From NCBI GenBank assembly GCA_001661245.1, contig KV454011.1, positions 286,108 to 350,107 of the forward strand: a stretch of 64,000 nt of DNA, written 5' to 3'. Origin of the DNA: Pachysolen tannophilus NRRL Y-2460. Its lineage: Eukaryota. Positions 1 through 10,924 of this stretch are shown here, in pieces; within the stretch, counting starts at the first letter, position 1; every line of letters starts with the position of its first letter. Position numbers and translations under genes: made by a program. Under the pieces are notes generated by a model. The model was not told the DNA's origin. It saw only the letters and a list, made by a program, of their open reading frames with translations, and ran no database searches.

Positions 1-219
1 AANAAANAAAAAAAAAAAAAAAAAAAGCTATTTGGATTGAGTTTTAGTACTCATCATTTTATCATTTAACTAATATTATTATTATAACTTAATATAAACA
101 ATTTTTTTGTGTTTCAACTGCTTGCTTGATTTTGATTTGTTTTTTTTTTTTTATTTATTTTTTTGTTTTTTCTTTATTTTTACTTTTTCATTTGATTCGC
201 TTTTTGCAACAATCATCAG

Positions 220-2619
220 ATGGATTCAAATGCATTAGGTTTCGAAAACCAATACATAACGCCAGTTCAACAAAGTCATTATGCTGAAGAAAGTTCGAGT
301 ATTCTAACAACAACTGCAGATACAGTGGTTTCAGATTCTAATACATCTGAAGATCAAGAAGAAGAAAGCAAAGTGGTAGGACCTGATAATGATAAAAATA
401 TTGAAAATCAAACTGAAAGCTTAGATCCTCCTCCTCCTTCCTCTCCGGAAGAGGAAGAGGTAGAAGAAGAAGTAGAAGAAGAAGAAGAAGATGATGATGA
501 AGATGAAGAAGAAGAGGAAGAAGAAGAAGAAGTAAGTATAGGCACAACGATGTATCCTCAAGCTTACATATATGCTCCACCACCTCCACGGCCATTACAT
601 TCGGTTTCACCTCTTAATGAACCAGTATACCCAGTTACAATATATAATTTACCACAGGATACAAATTCTAGAAAATTAAGAGAATTGATTGTTCCGATAA
701 TTGGAGGTGAATATTATAGATCTTCAATTTCCAAGATCCAATTCTTGAAGCATGAGAAAAATAACAACATCAATAACGATATAAGTAGAACAGCAATTGT
801 TCACATTATCGGATATGAGGTGGCCGTTCGATGCTATAACGCTTTGAATGGATTTTCTCACATGGGTAGAATCTTAAGTTCAAGTATTTCACAACCACCA
901 CCACAAGCACATCCGCCAATATATTACCCGATGGCTCCTGGAAGTTCTCCGATAAATCGATCATTATCGGGTTCAAACTCAGCGATTGCCTCCTCATATG
1001 CGGGTTCACCTCCATATCAACCAATTCCAATCTTATCACCTCCGATACTGCTGCCACCTTCTCAGCTCCCGCAAACACTGCTGTCAATTCATGATCCTCA
1101 GAATTTGCATATGAGGCTGCAGCCAATGTTGCTGCAACCAACATCTGCAGGTGTTCCAGCAGGTGCATCAACAACTCCCGTTGCTCCTCTTCCTCCTGCT
1201 ACTGCCCCTGCTGCTGTTCCAGAGCCACCATTCACACCAGCGCCAGTAGACTACTATAATAGGGCAGCAACTGCAGCTGCATATTCAAATCCATATGCAT
1301 CTTTCCAATATTTTCCGACTTTTAATCGATTCCCGTTTCCAGTTCAAGGTCAGTATATGCCAACTCAATCACCTCCTAGAAAAATTTCTCCTGTCAATAG
1401 TGATTTGATGATGAGTTCTCAACAACAACAACAGCAACAGCAACAGCAACAACAACAACAATTTCCTTATCAAAGACAGCATAATCGGAGTATGTCATCG
1501 TCTGCATCAAATCTTAGTCTTCCACCTCCATTACCATTTATTGCTTCACCTCAACAAATTCCGCAATCAGCACTTTATACAGGAAGTCCCCCAATACCAC
1601 AACAAATTCCTCTGATACCACCACTGCCTCCTTCAGGCTATTATGGATATCCGCTGGGTCCAATTGCACCAAATATGTATCAGCCAATGTTACCAGCAAC
1701 TGTGAGTCCTTACAGAAAAAGCCATTCTAGATCAAGGTCGTTACCAGTAAACTCATACCAAAACTATCCATGGTTAAAGACACCCTTTCAACATCAACAG
1801 CAACATCAACAGCAGCTGCAGCTGCAATTGCATTTGCAGCAGCAAATGCAAAAGCAACAACAACAACAGCAGCAGCAACAGCAGCAACAACAACAACAAC
1901 CGCAGCATCATCAACATCAGCAGTCTCAACAACAACAACAACAACAGCACCGTTTCTTCTATTCCCAGCACAGGAAGAACAATAATGGGAATAACAGCAT
2001 TAACAATAAATATTCAACAATTTTAGACGTCAGTGAAGAAGAAGAAGATGATAACGATTATGATAATATTGACGTTCCTTTTGAGGAGAAACCACATACA
2101 GATTTTTCAGATCGTGAAAATATTGATCGCTGTAGACTCTTCATCGGTAATATACCTTTTTCTGCTCATTGGCAAGAATTAAGAGAGTTTTTGATATCCC
2201 AGATTGCTGGAATCATACGAGTTGAGATTCCAACCCAATTGAATGGTATTAGTAAAGGATTTGCTATAGTAACTTTCAACAACCCGGATGATGCATTAAA
2301 CTGCATAGAAATTTTTGATGGTAAAAATTTTCAAGGTAGGCCATTAACAGTTAGATATGATCGACATTTGAAATTTATCAGAAAATATAACGATTTGAAT
2401 GCATTGATAAAATCAAACGGTGGCAAACTTCCACCTAAAGTTTTGTCAAAAATCGATGAAAATACTGTTTACAGCAACAGCGATCAAGATAAGAAATTTA
2501 ATTTAAGTTCGACCAGCCTTAATTCCGCATCAAAGAAGGAAAATAAGTTAAGTGAGGAGGATGAAAAGCAAGAAGAAGAAGTTGCAAGGGAGCTAATGAG
2601 TAGTTTAAAAATAAAATAA
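220..2619 (+). CDS. RNA-binding protein with two RRM-like domains and long Pro/Ala/Tyr-rich and poly-Gln low-complexity regions
   Basis: 799-aa ORF. C-terminal RRM: RLFIGNIPF (RNP2), SKGFAIVTF (RNP1), FDGKNFQGRPLTVRYD. Degenerate N-terminal RRM: VTIYNLP...ALNGFSHMGRIL. Acidic N-terminus. Confidence 0.8.
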   Translation: MDSNALGFENQYITPVQQSHYAEESSSILTTTADTVVSDSNTSEDQEEESKVVGPDNDKNIENQTESLDPPPPSSPEEEEVEEEVEEEEEDDDEDEEEEEEEEEVSIGTTMYPQAYIYAPPPPRPLHSVSPLNEPVYPVTIYNLPQDTNSRKLRELIVPIIGGEYYRSSISKIQFLKHEKNNNINNDISRTAIVHIIGYEVAVRCYNALNGFSHMGRILSSSISQPPPQAHPPIYYPMAPGSSPINRSLSGSNSAIASSYAGSPPYQPIPILSPPILLPPSQLPQTLLSIHDPQNLHMRLQPMLLQPTSAGVPAGASTTPVAPLPPATAPAAVPEPPFTPAPVDYYNRAATAAAYSNPYASFQYFPTFNRFPFPVQGQYMPTQSPPRKISPVNSDLMMSSQQQQQQQQQQQQQQFPYQRQHNRSMSSSASNLSLPPPLPFIASPQQIPQSALYTGSPPIPQQIPLIPPLPPSGYYGYPLGPIAPNMYQPMLPATVSPYRKSHSRSRSLPVNSYQNYPWLKTPFQHQQQHQQQLQLQLHLQQQMQKQQQQQQQQQQQQQQQPQHHQHQQSQQQQQQQHRFFYSQHRKNNNGNNSINNKYSTILDVSEEEEDDNDYDNIDVPFEEKPHTDFSDRENIDRCRLFIGNIPFSAHWQELREFLISQIAGIIRVEIPTQLNGISKGFAIVTFNNPDDALNCIEIFDGKNFQGRPLTVRYDRHLKFIRKYNDLNALIKSNGGKLPPKVLSKIDENTVYSNSDQDKKFNLSSTSLNSASKKENKLSEEDEKQEEEVARELMSSLKIK

Positions 2620-3382
2620 GCATCGATAAGTGATTTTGTTTTTTGAATAAAAAAGAAAAAATTAGAAAATGAATTCGTTTTTCATTATGCATATTGGTCA
2701 TCGTTCGAAAATTGGTTTGTTATGACATTTCGCATATTTACCAGGTTTTCGTTTTTTTTGCTGACATTTAAAAATATCAGAGAATAGTCATTTTTCGTTA
2801 ATAAATAAGGAATTTTTAATAGTGGAGTTCATGTTTTATTGTTAGATCATTGGTTTCGTTCAGATTGTTTTTTTTTTTTTTTAATTTTTTTAATTTTTAA
2901 TTTTTAATCTTTAATTTTTAATTTTTTTATATTTTTATTTTTATTATTATTAATTAACATCTTTAAACGATTTTAATAATGTCTAATCTTGTTTGAATTT
3001 TTTTTTTTTTTTTTTTCTTTTACTTTTACTTTTATTACCTTACCGATAAAAAGATGTTACTTATAGGTCTTTCTTTTTTGTTATTCATATCCGTTTTAAT
3101 AATTTTTCATTTTCCAGTTTGTGGATGATATCATCTAATTGCGTCTTTTTATGTTAATCTTTTAGAAGTGTCATTCTCCATTTTAATATTATATACAATT
3201 ACCGTATCTTTTAATTCAATCTAATATATAGTTAACGAGGTTGAAATATTACTAATAGCTTGAACAAAAAAAAAAATAGTCATTTCACATAAACTACAAG
3301 GTTACTTAATCTATCGTTTTTTTTAAATAAAAATACAAAAACCAAAAAAAATCAAAACACCATTTTAGAAATATTTATTAGC

Positions 3383-5127
3383 TCAATTTTCATTAAGATT
3401 TTCCAGATTTTTATTCGAATTACCTTCATCGTCCTCATCATCTGTAATTTCATTTTCAGTTTCAGTTTTCTTGACATCTTCACCTTTATCATAAAGCGAC
3501 CCCTCTTCGTCATTATCAGGTTTCTTATCTTGCAGGTTTTCTTGCAGTTGTTGTTGCTGACTATTCTCAGCGTTATTGTCATTATTGTCATTATTGTTTT
3601 CCGGATTATTATTCTGCTGTTCATCCTGCAGGGGTTGTTGGTCGGCATTATTGTTTTCTTTAGATTGTTCATCCTGAACTGATTCTTGTTGTTGTTGCTG
3701 TTGTTGTTGTTGTTGTTCTTGCTGCTGTTGAGTTTCTCTATTTTTATCAGACTCTTTAGAATCAGATTCAGGAGGTGCGAAATCGGCAGCTTTGTCATTA
3801 TTAACTTTACTAGATGTGACACCTGGAGGTAATTGTAATTCTTGAGCGCTGAAAAATTTTCTAGCACAGCTATTTTCTGTGAAAAGGGAATCTTTAGTTG
3901 GATTACAATAACAAAAATGTTCTAATCTTGTATTTAAATCTCTAGGACAAGAAACATCATGCAGATTAGAGTATCCAAAATCGTCAAAGATTTTGACTTT
4001 ATTCTTTGGTAATAAAAGTGAAACACCCAAAGAGTGAACGTCTGAATCAGACCATCTTTCATAAAACCATCCACTTTCCTTATCTAAGTAATTGAATAAT
4101 TTCCTATATGCATCACTTCTGAAAAATTCTAAATCTGCGATTTCAAAAGCCGTTGACATTGTACATAAGTTGTAAGATTCACCGCCAGTATCACTAATAA
4201 AATCCAACAAGTTATCCCGAGCTAAAATAGAATTATCTGAATCCACCAAGTCTCTAGTATGATCCCATAAAGTTGAGACAGCAAAATCGCTATCACGCGG
4301 AGCAGTTATGAAACCATAAGTTAACTTATTTTGTTCCATATATTTCAAAAAATCATAATTAACATCACATTGAAACTCTACATCAGGATCAATTTTACAA
4401 TAATACTTGTAGTCAGCCAATACACGCATATCTTGGAAAAATCCTGATTGAAATCTTGCCTTAATTCGAACATATTCTGATTTCCCATTTGGATCTCTAT
4501 GGGTAATAGATTTTCTTCTCAGTTGAGCAGCTCTTTTACGATCAACCCATTCTGGAATTAAAAAATTTTCAGTTGGAATTTTATAAAAAATAGCTTTTCC
4601 TGATACCAATTTTGAAATCATTTGCATCAGCTCTGTTTTTAATGTCTTTTGATAAACAATAACCCAATCATATTTATATTTATGATTGAAACGGGCCTCC
4701 ACAGATTGTATTGAACTCAATAGTCTAGGTAAATCCGTATTTCTCACAATAGAGTAAAAAGTCGCGTTTGCACGTTCATAACCACTTTCAAAAATAGTAT
4801 TCAAAGTTTGATCACCAAGTTGATCTTGAGTCTTTGTAGCAACAGGTGGATTATGAATATCATTACCCCTATTCTCGTCTTTATTATTATTTTGCATCAA
4901 AGGTTTTTCAAAAGAATTATAATATGGATTATCCTTGAAAACCTCTTTCACTATCTCCCAAGTAGACTTCACTGGTGTATCGTGTGTACCATCATCTTTA
5001 TTCTGAATAATTATATTACTCGGAGTATCATCAATATTTTTTTTTTTAAAGAAAATGCTAATATAGATAATAATATAGCCAGCACCAAAATTAATTTCTT
5101 CTTTTTAAAAACAAATATCCTCGACAT
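3383..5127 (-). CDS. KRE2/MNT1/KTR-family (GT15) Golgi mannosyltransferase-like protein; apparent 1-nt frameshift at an A11 run near the 5' end
   Basis: GT15 motifs RANATFYSIVRN, RFNHKYKYDWV, RFQSGFF, YNLC...FEI, YERW. ATG at 5127 gives MSRIFVFKKKK plus a hydrophobic type II anchor, one frame off from the catalytic ORF across the T11 run at 5037-5047. Confidence 0.8.
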
Positions 5128-5505
5128 CCTATTCTAATATCTCTGGATTCTACACTTCTAACACCTACTAACCTTGGACCCTTGATCTTTCATATAGAAC
5201 AAAAAATAACAAAATATTGAATTGGTGATGATGGTGAACATTTATAAGCCTTTAAAAATGTAAGCATCGCCTCCAAATTGATATGTTGCAAACTACCTCT
5301 TTATCTCAATTCAAAACTGACGATTTGAGTGTTATAAATATTGATTAATTTTATTAGAGAAAGTACCATGAAGAAAGCAAAGGAATGCCCTATAAGTGTA
5401 GATAGATAGGCAAAGAAAGCCAAAAAGCAAAAAATAACAACGTAAAAGTTATATATAAACATTAAAATAAGCAAAGAAAAAAAGCAAAAAAAAAAAAAAA
5501 AAAAG

Positions 5506-7741
5506 TCATTCGTCATCTTCATTTATCATCTTATTAATCAACTCCATATTATCATGAAACACAGCAGCTCCATTAGCTTTACCAAAGTCCACTTTTATCA
5601 AATCCTCGGTTTCATCGTAGTTACCCAATATCCAATCATCCAAAGTTTTTTTCATATTATTCGTTCCGTAAAATTCAATTTGTTTCTTCTTGTACAAAAA
5701 TTCATAAGGTAAATTATATTCCAATTCGATCATGTTCAGTAAAGAATCTGTCTGGTCTAAAGAGTTTAACAGCTTGCTCCTTTGCAAAGCACCGTATTTA
5801 GATGGGCATACCTCAGTACTAATATCTGATAATAGATTGTGAAAGGCTGGTTTCTTAATAGTAGGGTTCCCCAGCTTACCATGATCATTAAGTTTGTTAC
5901 TTTCATCTTTCGGAAGTAAATACCGTGGAAGTAGTGTTAAAGGAACGGGAGAAGTTGGTAATTCGTACTTGCAATGAATTAAACCTTCCATCAACGAGAT
6001 TACTTTCAAATTATTCTTGTTATCTATAGCAAATAAGCATGACTTTGTTAATTTTTCTTTTAAATCTTGTATATTTTTTAAAAATTCTGATCTACTATCA
6101 TCTAGAACAGAAGAAGGTGAAGAAGCATTCAATTGGGCAACTTCATAACCAGTAGTAATTTTTTTCAATCCACAATTAGATAAAACCCAGCTTCCATCTC
6201 TACTGTTACCAATATCACTGTCCAATCCTTCAAAATCTGTTTTAAACAAATGTAAGCTGCCTGATAATCTACTAATTACACCAACAGCTTTATTTTTTTC
6301 ACACCAAAAAACTTGATCAACTATTCCTGGCGTATTCCCACGTTTAAATTTGTCAACAAGTACAATTTGCTTGTTGAATTTAGTATAATTCCAAATAAAT
6401 ATATCGTCCCCCCTCAAAGTAGTTGTAGACAATAACAAGTCGTAAGGAGATAATGAAACGTGAGAACAACCACCTGGAGGTGAAAACACAAATAGAGGTT
6501 TTCCAATTTCCAAAGAAACCAAAATCAAAAATTGTCTTGATGATGTACCATTTAATGGGTTTAAAATTCTTGTTATTGTCTCTTTCAAATTTGTTGATGA
6601 TGTTGCATATAATTTGCCATCATTTTGCTGCAGCAGATGAATTTGTTGTTGTTGTGAAGTATTTAGATACTGTTTCAATCTTGATTGAGAAACTTCAGTG
6701 AATTTGAAAACACCATCAATTGCAGTACTGGACAAGTTTTTCAATAATCTATTTAATAAAGGTCCTGGTTTAGGTAAATTCAACGGCGTGATTTTCAAAT
6801 GTTCCGGAATCCCATTATGGATACGATTATCTGCATTATTTTCTTCTTTATGACCTAGATAATCATTTGAGATAATTTGCTGATAATTCCCATCAATTGT
6901 GCTTGGACTATATACTAACCAATTTTCTTGAACATCATATACTGGATTGTTGTTTATAACTTTACAATTCAATTCTAAATGTGTTAATGGTGAATAATCC
7001 TTCAAGTTGAAAATGGATAATGAACCTTCTGATGTGGAAATGACAAAATAATCTTCCAATACTTTACAGGTGTAAGGCCCAGAACCAATAGTTGAAGGTA
7101 ATAAAGACAAATTACGTTTGGTCAGGGGTTTATTTTGTGTAAAATCTATTATCTGGAAATAATCTTCGTTTTTTTTCACATACCCAACCAAGGAAGTATA
7201 ATTACTCCTTTTTCTATTTGCCTTCAATAGACAAAGAGTTGAAACTATCCCATCAATGCCATTCACAGAAGCAACTAAATATAATGTACCGCCGGAATCA
7301 GTTAAACGGGTTGTATCATCAAGAGGAGAAGGAAACCAATCCCAAATCTCCACGTTATTTCCATAACTTATAATGACTTCTCCATTAGGACCAAACTCGA
7401 TCACGGTATTAGGTGTCACTGAAGATAAAGCTGAAGCGCTAGAGTTTGGCGGAGACATCCCATAGCTATTACCGCCATTGTTCAGTGATTGACCCGTTGC
7501 AGTTGTTGCGGTTGTTGTTGTCGTCGTCATCTTAGAAGTAGCAGCAAAAGCCGAATTCGACGCCGTAGTCTTGACTTTAGACCATATATTATTTGAAACC
7601 CTAGAGGCCTTTATGGGGGCTATTGGACTATTTATAAAAAATTATAATGGTTAGTAATCCAAATAACCACAATTCACTGATTAAAATTCATAAATATACT
7701 CACGTCTTGATAATTCTGGTACGGTCATATCCAGAGGGCAT
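5506..7741 (-). CDS. WD40/beta-propeller protein resembling BCAS3/Atg18-like (PROPPIN-related) proteins; one predicted 5' intron
   Basis: 674-aa ORF stays open upstream to about 7627. Predicted exon1 7741-7704, intron 7703-7628 (GTGAGT...TACTAAC...TAG), exon2 7627-5506. Segment SPYDLLLSTTTLRGDDIFIW...FKRGNTPGIVDQVFW...GSLHLF resembles the BCAS3 propeller. Confidence 0.6.
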
Positions 7742-8125
7742 AATAAATACGTAAAATAACAATAATAATAAATTAAAAATACTTCAATTAAATAGCGCTT
7801 CAATATTAAAAAAGCCTAATAACCGAACGATCAACTAATTAAACCTATTACTCACTCAATCAATTAATGTCTATTACTTGTCCTATTAAATTATACAAGA
7901 ATAAATATAAATTAAATTATCTATAGAAATTAAGTTATCTTTAAAAGATAACGCAAACAAAAACACCATCTCAAAACAGCCCCAGTTCTCAAAATCATCG
8001 TTTTAGATTTAGAACGATTTGGAGCAATTGGTGAACAATTGGTGAACAATCGGCGAGCGAAGAGCGACGAGAAGCAATCCAAGAGTATCCACGAGTATCC
8101 ACTAGTGGCCAAAGTGGGAGTGTGT

Positions 8126-10648
8126 CTAACGCTTATTTTTGCGTAACTTCTTTTCTCTTTCGTAGTCATTCTTCTCAGCACCTTCGATGGTAGAGATGGA
8201 ATTAACAATACGTGCCATTCTAGCGTGATAATCTTTGTATTCTTGTTTCTTTTCTTTAATTTGTTGTCTTGCTTCGAATTTGTTATCTTTCCGGATTTCT
8301 TTCAATGCCAATTTTCTTTCCTTCTTGACGCTAGCCTTCAATTTACCAATCTCTTGTCTTGTCAAATCTGGATCATATGATTTTTTATCAGGATTGAAGT
8401 TTTCTTCGAATTTAGGTGCAAATGTAGCAATGGCCACTGGCTTGTGGTCTTGGAGTTGTAATGGTTTATGGAGGTTATTGGCATGTAGTTTAACCAATTT
8501 TTCCAATAATTCAGGAATGGTAGTATATTGGGCTTGGTACTTGACTAAATGTCTCAATACGGCAATAAATGGTGTTGTGATTTCTATGAATGCAGATTGT
8601 TCTTTCCATATCGATATAAAATTTCCCAATATATCTAGCGCCTTGACTAACAAAGCTGATTTTATCTCCAAATTCTTCAAATTTTCATGATCTAAATTGA
8701 TATCTGATATTTTTAAATTATATGTACCAGTTATTTTGTCATTTTTATTTAAATTTAAACCATTTTTAGCGTAATGTTTAGTAGAAAATACTGTTGATAA
8801 TTTTTCCAGATTTAACTTGTTCACCTCAGGCACAAGAGTTAAAAATGCTTCTTCCAAAAAATAAGCAATTTCAGGAACATATCTTTTAGAAATTCTTTGA
8901 TATTTCAACATTAAATCCGAAATAAATAAACCACTAATTAGATTTTTCAAATTTTTATTCGGCTTCAAAGATTCCAATGATTGTCCCATTAATATTAACG
9001 TTGGCGTAACAACTAAATGATACAAATCTGAAGTAGAATAAAGCATACCGACAATAGAGTAAAAAATTAAATCAGAAACTTCTGGATAATTTTGATTTTC
9101 ATTTATTCTCTCTTGAATTTCTACTATTTTCATTCTAAAAGTTTCACATAAAGATTCATTGTATTTTTCAGCCATCATTTTTAATTGATGTATTAATTTT
9201 TCTTCAACATCGATGAATTCTTGTTTATTTTCATGATCCCCATTTGATAAATGCAAAATATGATTTAATAAAATTGAAGAAAAAACTGCCAATTTTTCTT
9301 TATTTCCAGCAGCAAGTCTTGGCTGATAAGTATTTAAGATTTTAGAAACCACTTCAGGAGTCTCACAAAACTCATATTTTGATAACAAGTCCAAGAATTC
9401 TTTATGTGTTTCAGGACATTTAACAACATTTAAAGAAGTTGTACTTTTAATAATTTTATTACCAATTTTGATAACATTTGGTGTTGGTTCACTTATAGAA
9501 TTCTCCTTTCCTGTTTCAGTTTCAACTTCATCTTCATCTTCATCTTCGCTTTCCTTGATAGTGAAACCATCTTCTTCATTCTCAGATGCATTTCCCCAGA
9601 AATCATCGTCTAAATCATCAGCACCAACTGCATCTTTATCTTTCTGCTCTTCAATATCTAATCCTTCCATTCTACGTAATCTATCCTGTTCTAATTTCTT
9701 TAATTTTTCCAGTCTTTCTTTCTCTAACTCTTCATCAGTTTTTGATCTATCACTCGGTACAGCTCTTCTATCTAATGCCAATTCTCTTAATTTGGTATCG
9801 TACAGTATATCTTGTTCAGATTTTTTATCAAAAAACTGTTTTTTGTTTTGAACAGCAGCTTCTTGTAAAGAACTCATAACATCTTCAAAATTATCATCCA
9901 AATCCAATATTTCATTTTCAGTTTGTTGTTGTTGTAATTGCCTTTGATGCTTATAAAATTTTGATTTGGCAATAACTTCTTTCATAACTTCAGCTTTTGT
10001 CTTCTTTCTTTGCACCGGTACTTCATCTTCCCCTTCATCTTCGTCTTCAACCTGATAAGATCTTTTTCTATTACTTGAAATCAGTTCAGGTAATCCTAAA
10101 TCTCCTTGATCAAAGTCGTCCTGCAAAGATAACGATTTCCCATAATGGGTTAATACATTGTTATCATCATCACCACCATCATAATAATTATTATTATCAT
10201 CATCATCATCTTCTAAATTAAACAAACTCCGCTTAGAACTTTGTAATTGTCTTTCCCTAGTGAAACGCTCTAACATTTTATCTTCAGGATTCAAATTTGG
10301 ATTATTTTCACCAAATCTACGATCGACAACTCCTCCAACTTTATTCTTCAATTTCTTATTAGCCTCATACGCATTCTTCCTCTGCTCTTCCCCAATCTGT
10401 TTAGAGATCCCAGGCCTCCCAACAACAACTTTAGATTTCCTTGCTTCATTAATATCTCTTTTATTCCTATTCATTTTTACTTCAAACGGATTAAACTCTT
10501 CTCTTATTGCATTTATAACCAGCTTCCTATCATCTCTTCTAGTCTCTGAAGGTGCATTCTTTTTCCCCTTTCTTTTAACATTCGTCTGTCCAGTAAGTCC
10601 AGCTGCCTTCAAGGACTCCTTGAGCTTCTTCAACTGAGATCCAGCCAT
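8126..10648 (-). CDS. NOP14: Nucleolar 40S biogenesis protein Nop14
   Basis: N-terminus MAGSQLKKLKESLKAAGLTGQTN; motifs DRRFGE, LERFTRERQ, KTKAEVMKEVIAKSK, PKFEENFNPDKKSYD. Confidence 0.97.
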   Translation of the reverse strand: MAGSQLKKLKESLKAAGLTGQTNVKRKGKKNAPSETRRDDRKLVINAIREEFNPFEVKMNRNKRDINEARKSKVVVGRPGISKQIGEEQRKNAYEANKKLKNKVGGVVDRRFGENNPNLNPEDKMLERFTRERQLQSSKRSLFNLEDDDDDNNNYYDGGDDDNNVLTHYGKSLSLQDDFDQGDLGLPELISSNRKRSYQVEDEDEGEDEVPVQRKKTKAEVMKEVIAKSKFYKHQRQLQQQQTENEILDLDDNFEDVMSSLQEAAVQNKKQFFDKKSEQDILYDTKLRELALDRRAVPSDRSKTDEELEKERLEKLKKLEQDRLRRMEGLDIEEQKDKDAVGADDLDDDFWGNASENEEDGFTIKESEDEDEDEVETETGKENSISEPTPNVIKIGNKIIKSTTSLNVVKCPETHKEFLDLLSKYEFCETPEVVSKILNTYQPRLAAGNKEKLAVFSSILLNHILHLSNGDHENKQEFIDVEEKLIHQLKMMAEKYNESLCETFRMKIVEIQERINENQNYPEVSDLIFYSIVGMLYSTSDLYHLVVTPTLILMGQSLESLKPNKNLKNLISGLFISDLMLKYQRISKRYVPEIAYFLEEAFLTLVPEVNKLNLEKLSTVFSTKHYAKNGLNLNKNDKITGTYNLKISDINLDHENLKNLEIKSALLVKALDILGNFISIWKEQSAFIEITTPFIAVLRHLVKYQAQYTTIPELLEKLVKLHANNLHKPLQLQDHKPVAIATFAPKFEENFNPDKKSYDPDLTRQEIGKLKASVKKERKLALKEIRKDNKFEARQQIKEKKQEYKDYHARMARIVNSISTIEGAEKNDYEREKKLRKNKR

Positions 10649-10710
10649 CTTTCAACACTTGCTAATTCACAAACTTTTATAATCATCTAAACAGTATTCG
10701 TTTTATATTT

Positions 10711-10720
10711 TGAAAATTTT
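10711..10720 (+). promoter_or_regulatory. RRPE-like element (TGAAAATTTT) upstream of NOP14
   Basis: Motif about 60 bp upstream of a ribosome-biogenesis gene in the NOP14/CEM1 divergent spacer. AT-rich background weakens the call. Confidence 0.5.
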
Positions 10721-10924
10721 TTTTTCTTTTTTTTTTTAAACTGATGCAAAAAAATAATTTCCTGAAATGGAAATTGTGTCACATAAACACGACCATAATT
10801 TTTCACTTTTATAAAAATGGGTATTAAAGATGGGAAGAACTACGACGACAACGACGACAACGACGACAACGACAAGAAAGATAGTTCTGTAAGTGTTTGT
10901 GTTGAGGAGTATTTTATTTTAGAG

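Noticed and set aside
338..1985. Poly-Leu/Thr/Ala shadow ORFs
   Set aside because: Alternative-frame or antisense readings of CAA/CAG/GAA repeats in the real gene.
5301..5522. 73-aa hydrophobic ORF (similar short ORFs at 19545, 28256, 35178, 37585, 37785)
   Set aside because: Built from poly-T/poly-A intergenic tracts, with no coding signature.
8235..10637. Antisense ORFs over NOP14 (similar ones over SCY1, APC4, URN1, MRPL1 and SMP-30)
   Set aside because: Ser/Phe-rich mirror frames of Glu/Lys-rich coding sequence, with no independent motifs.
10817..10924. In-frame upstream extension of CEM1 with (GACGACAAC)x3, and a GTAAGT...TTTAG mini-intron at 10889-10922
   Set aside because: The acidic extension does not resemble a mitochondrial presequence. 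The putative intron is only 34 nt and has no branch point.
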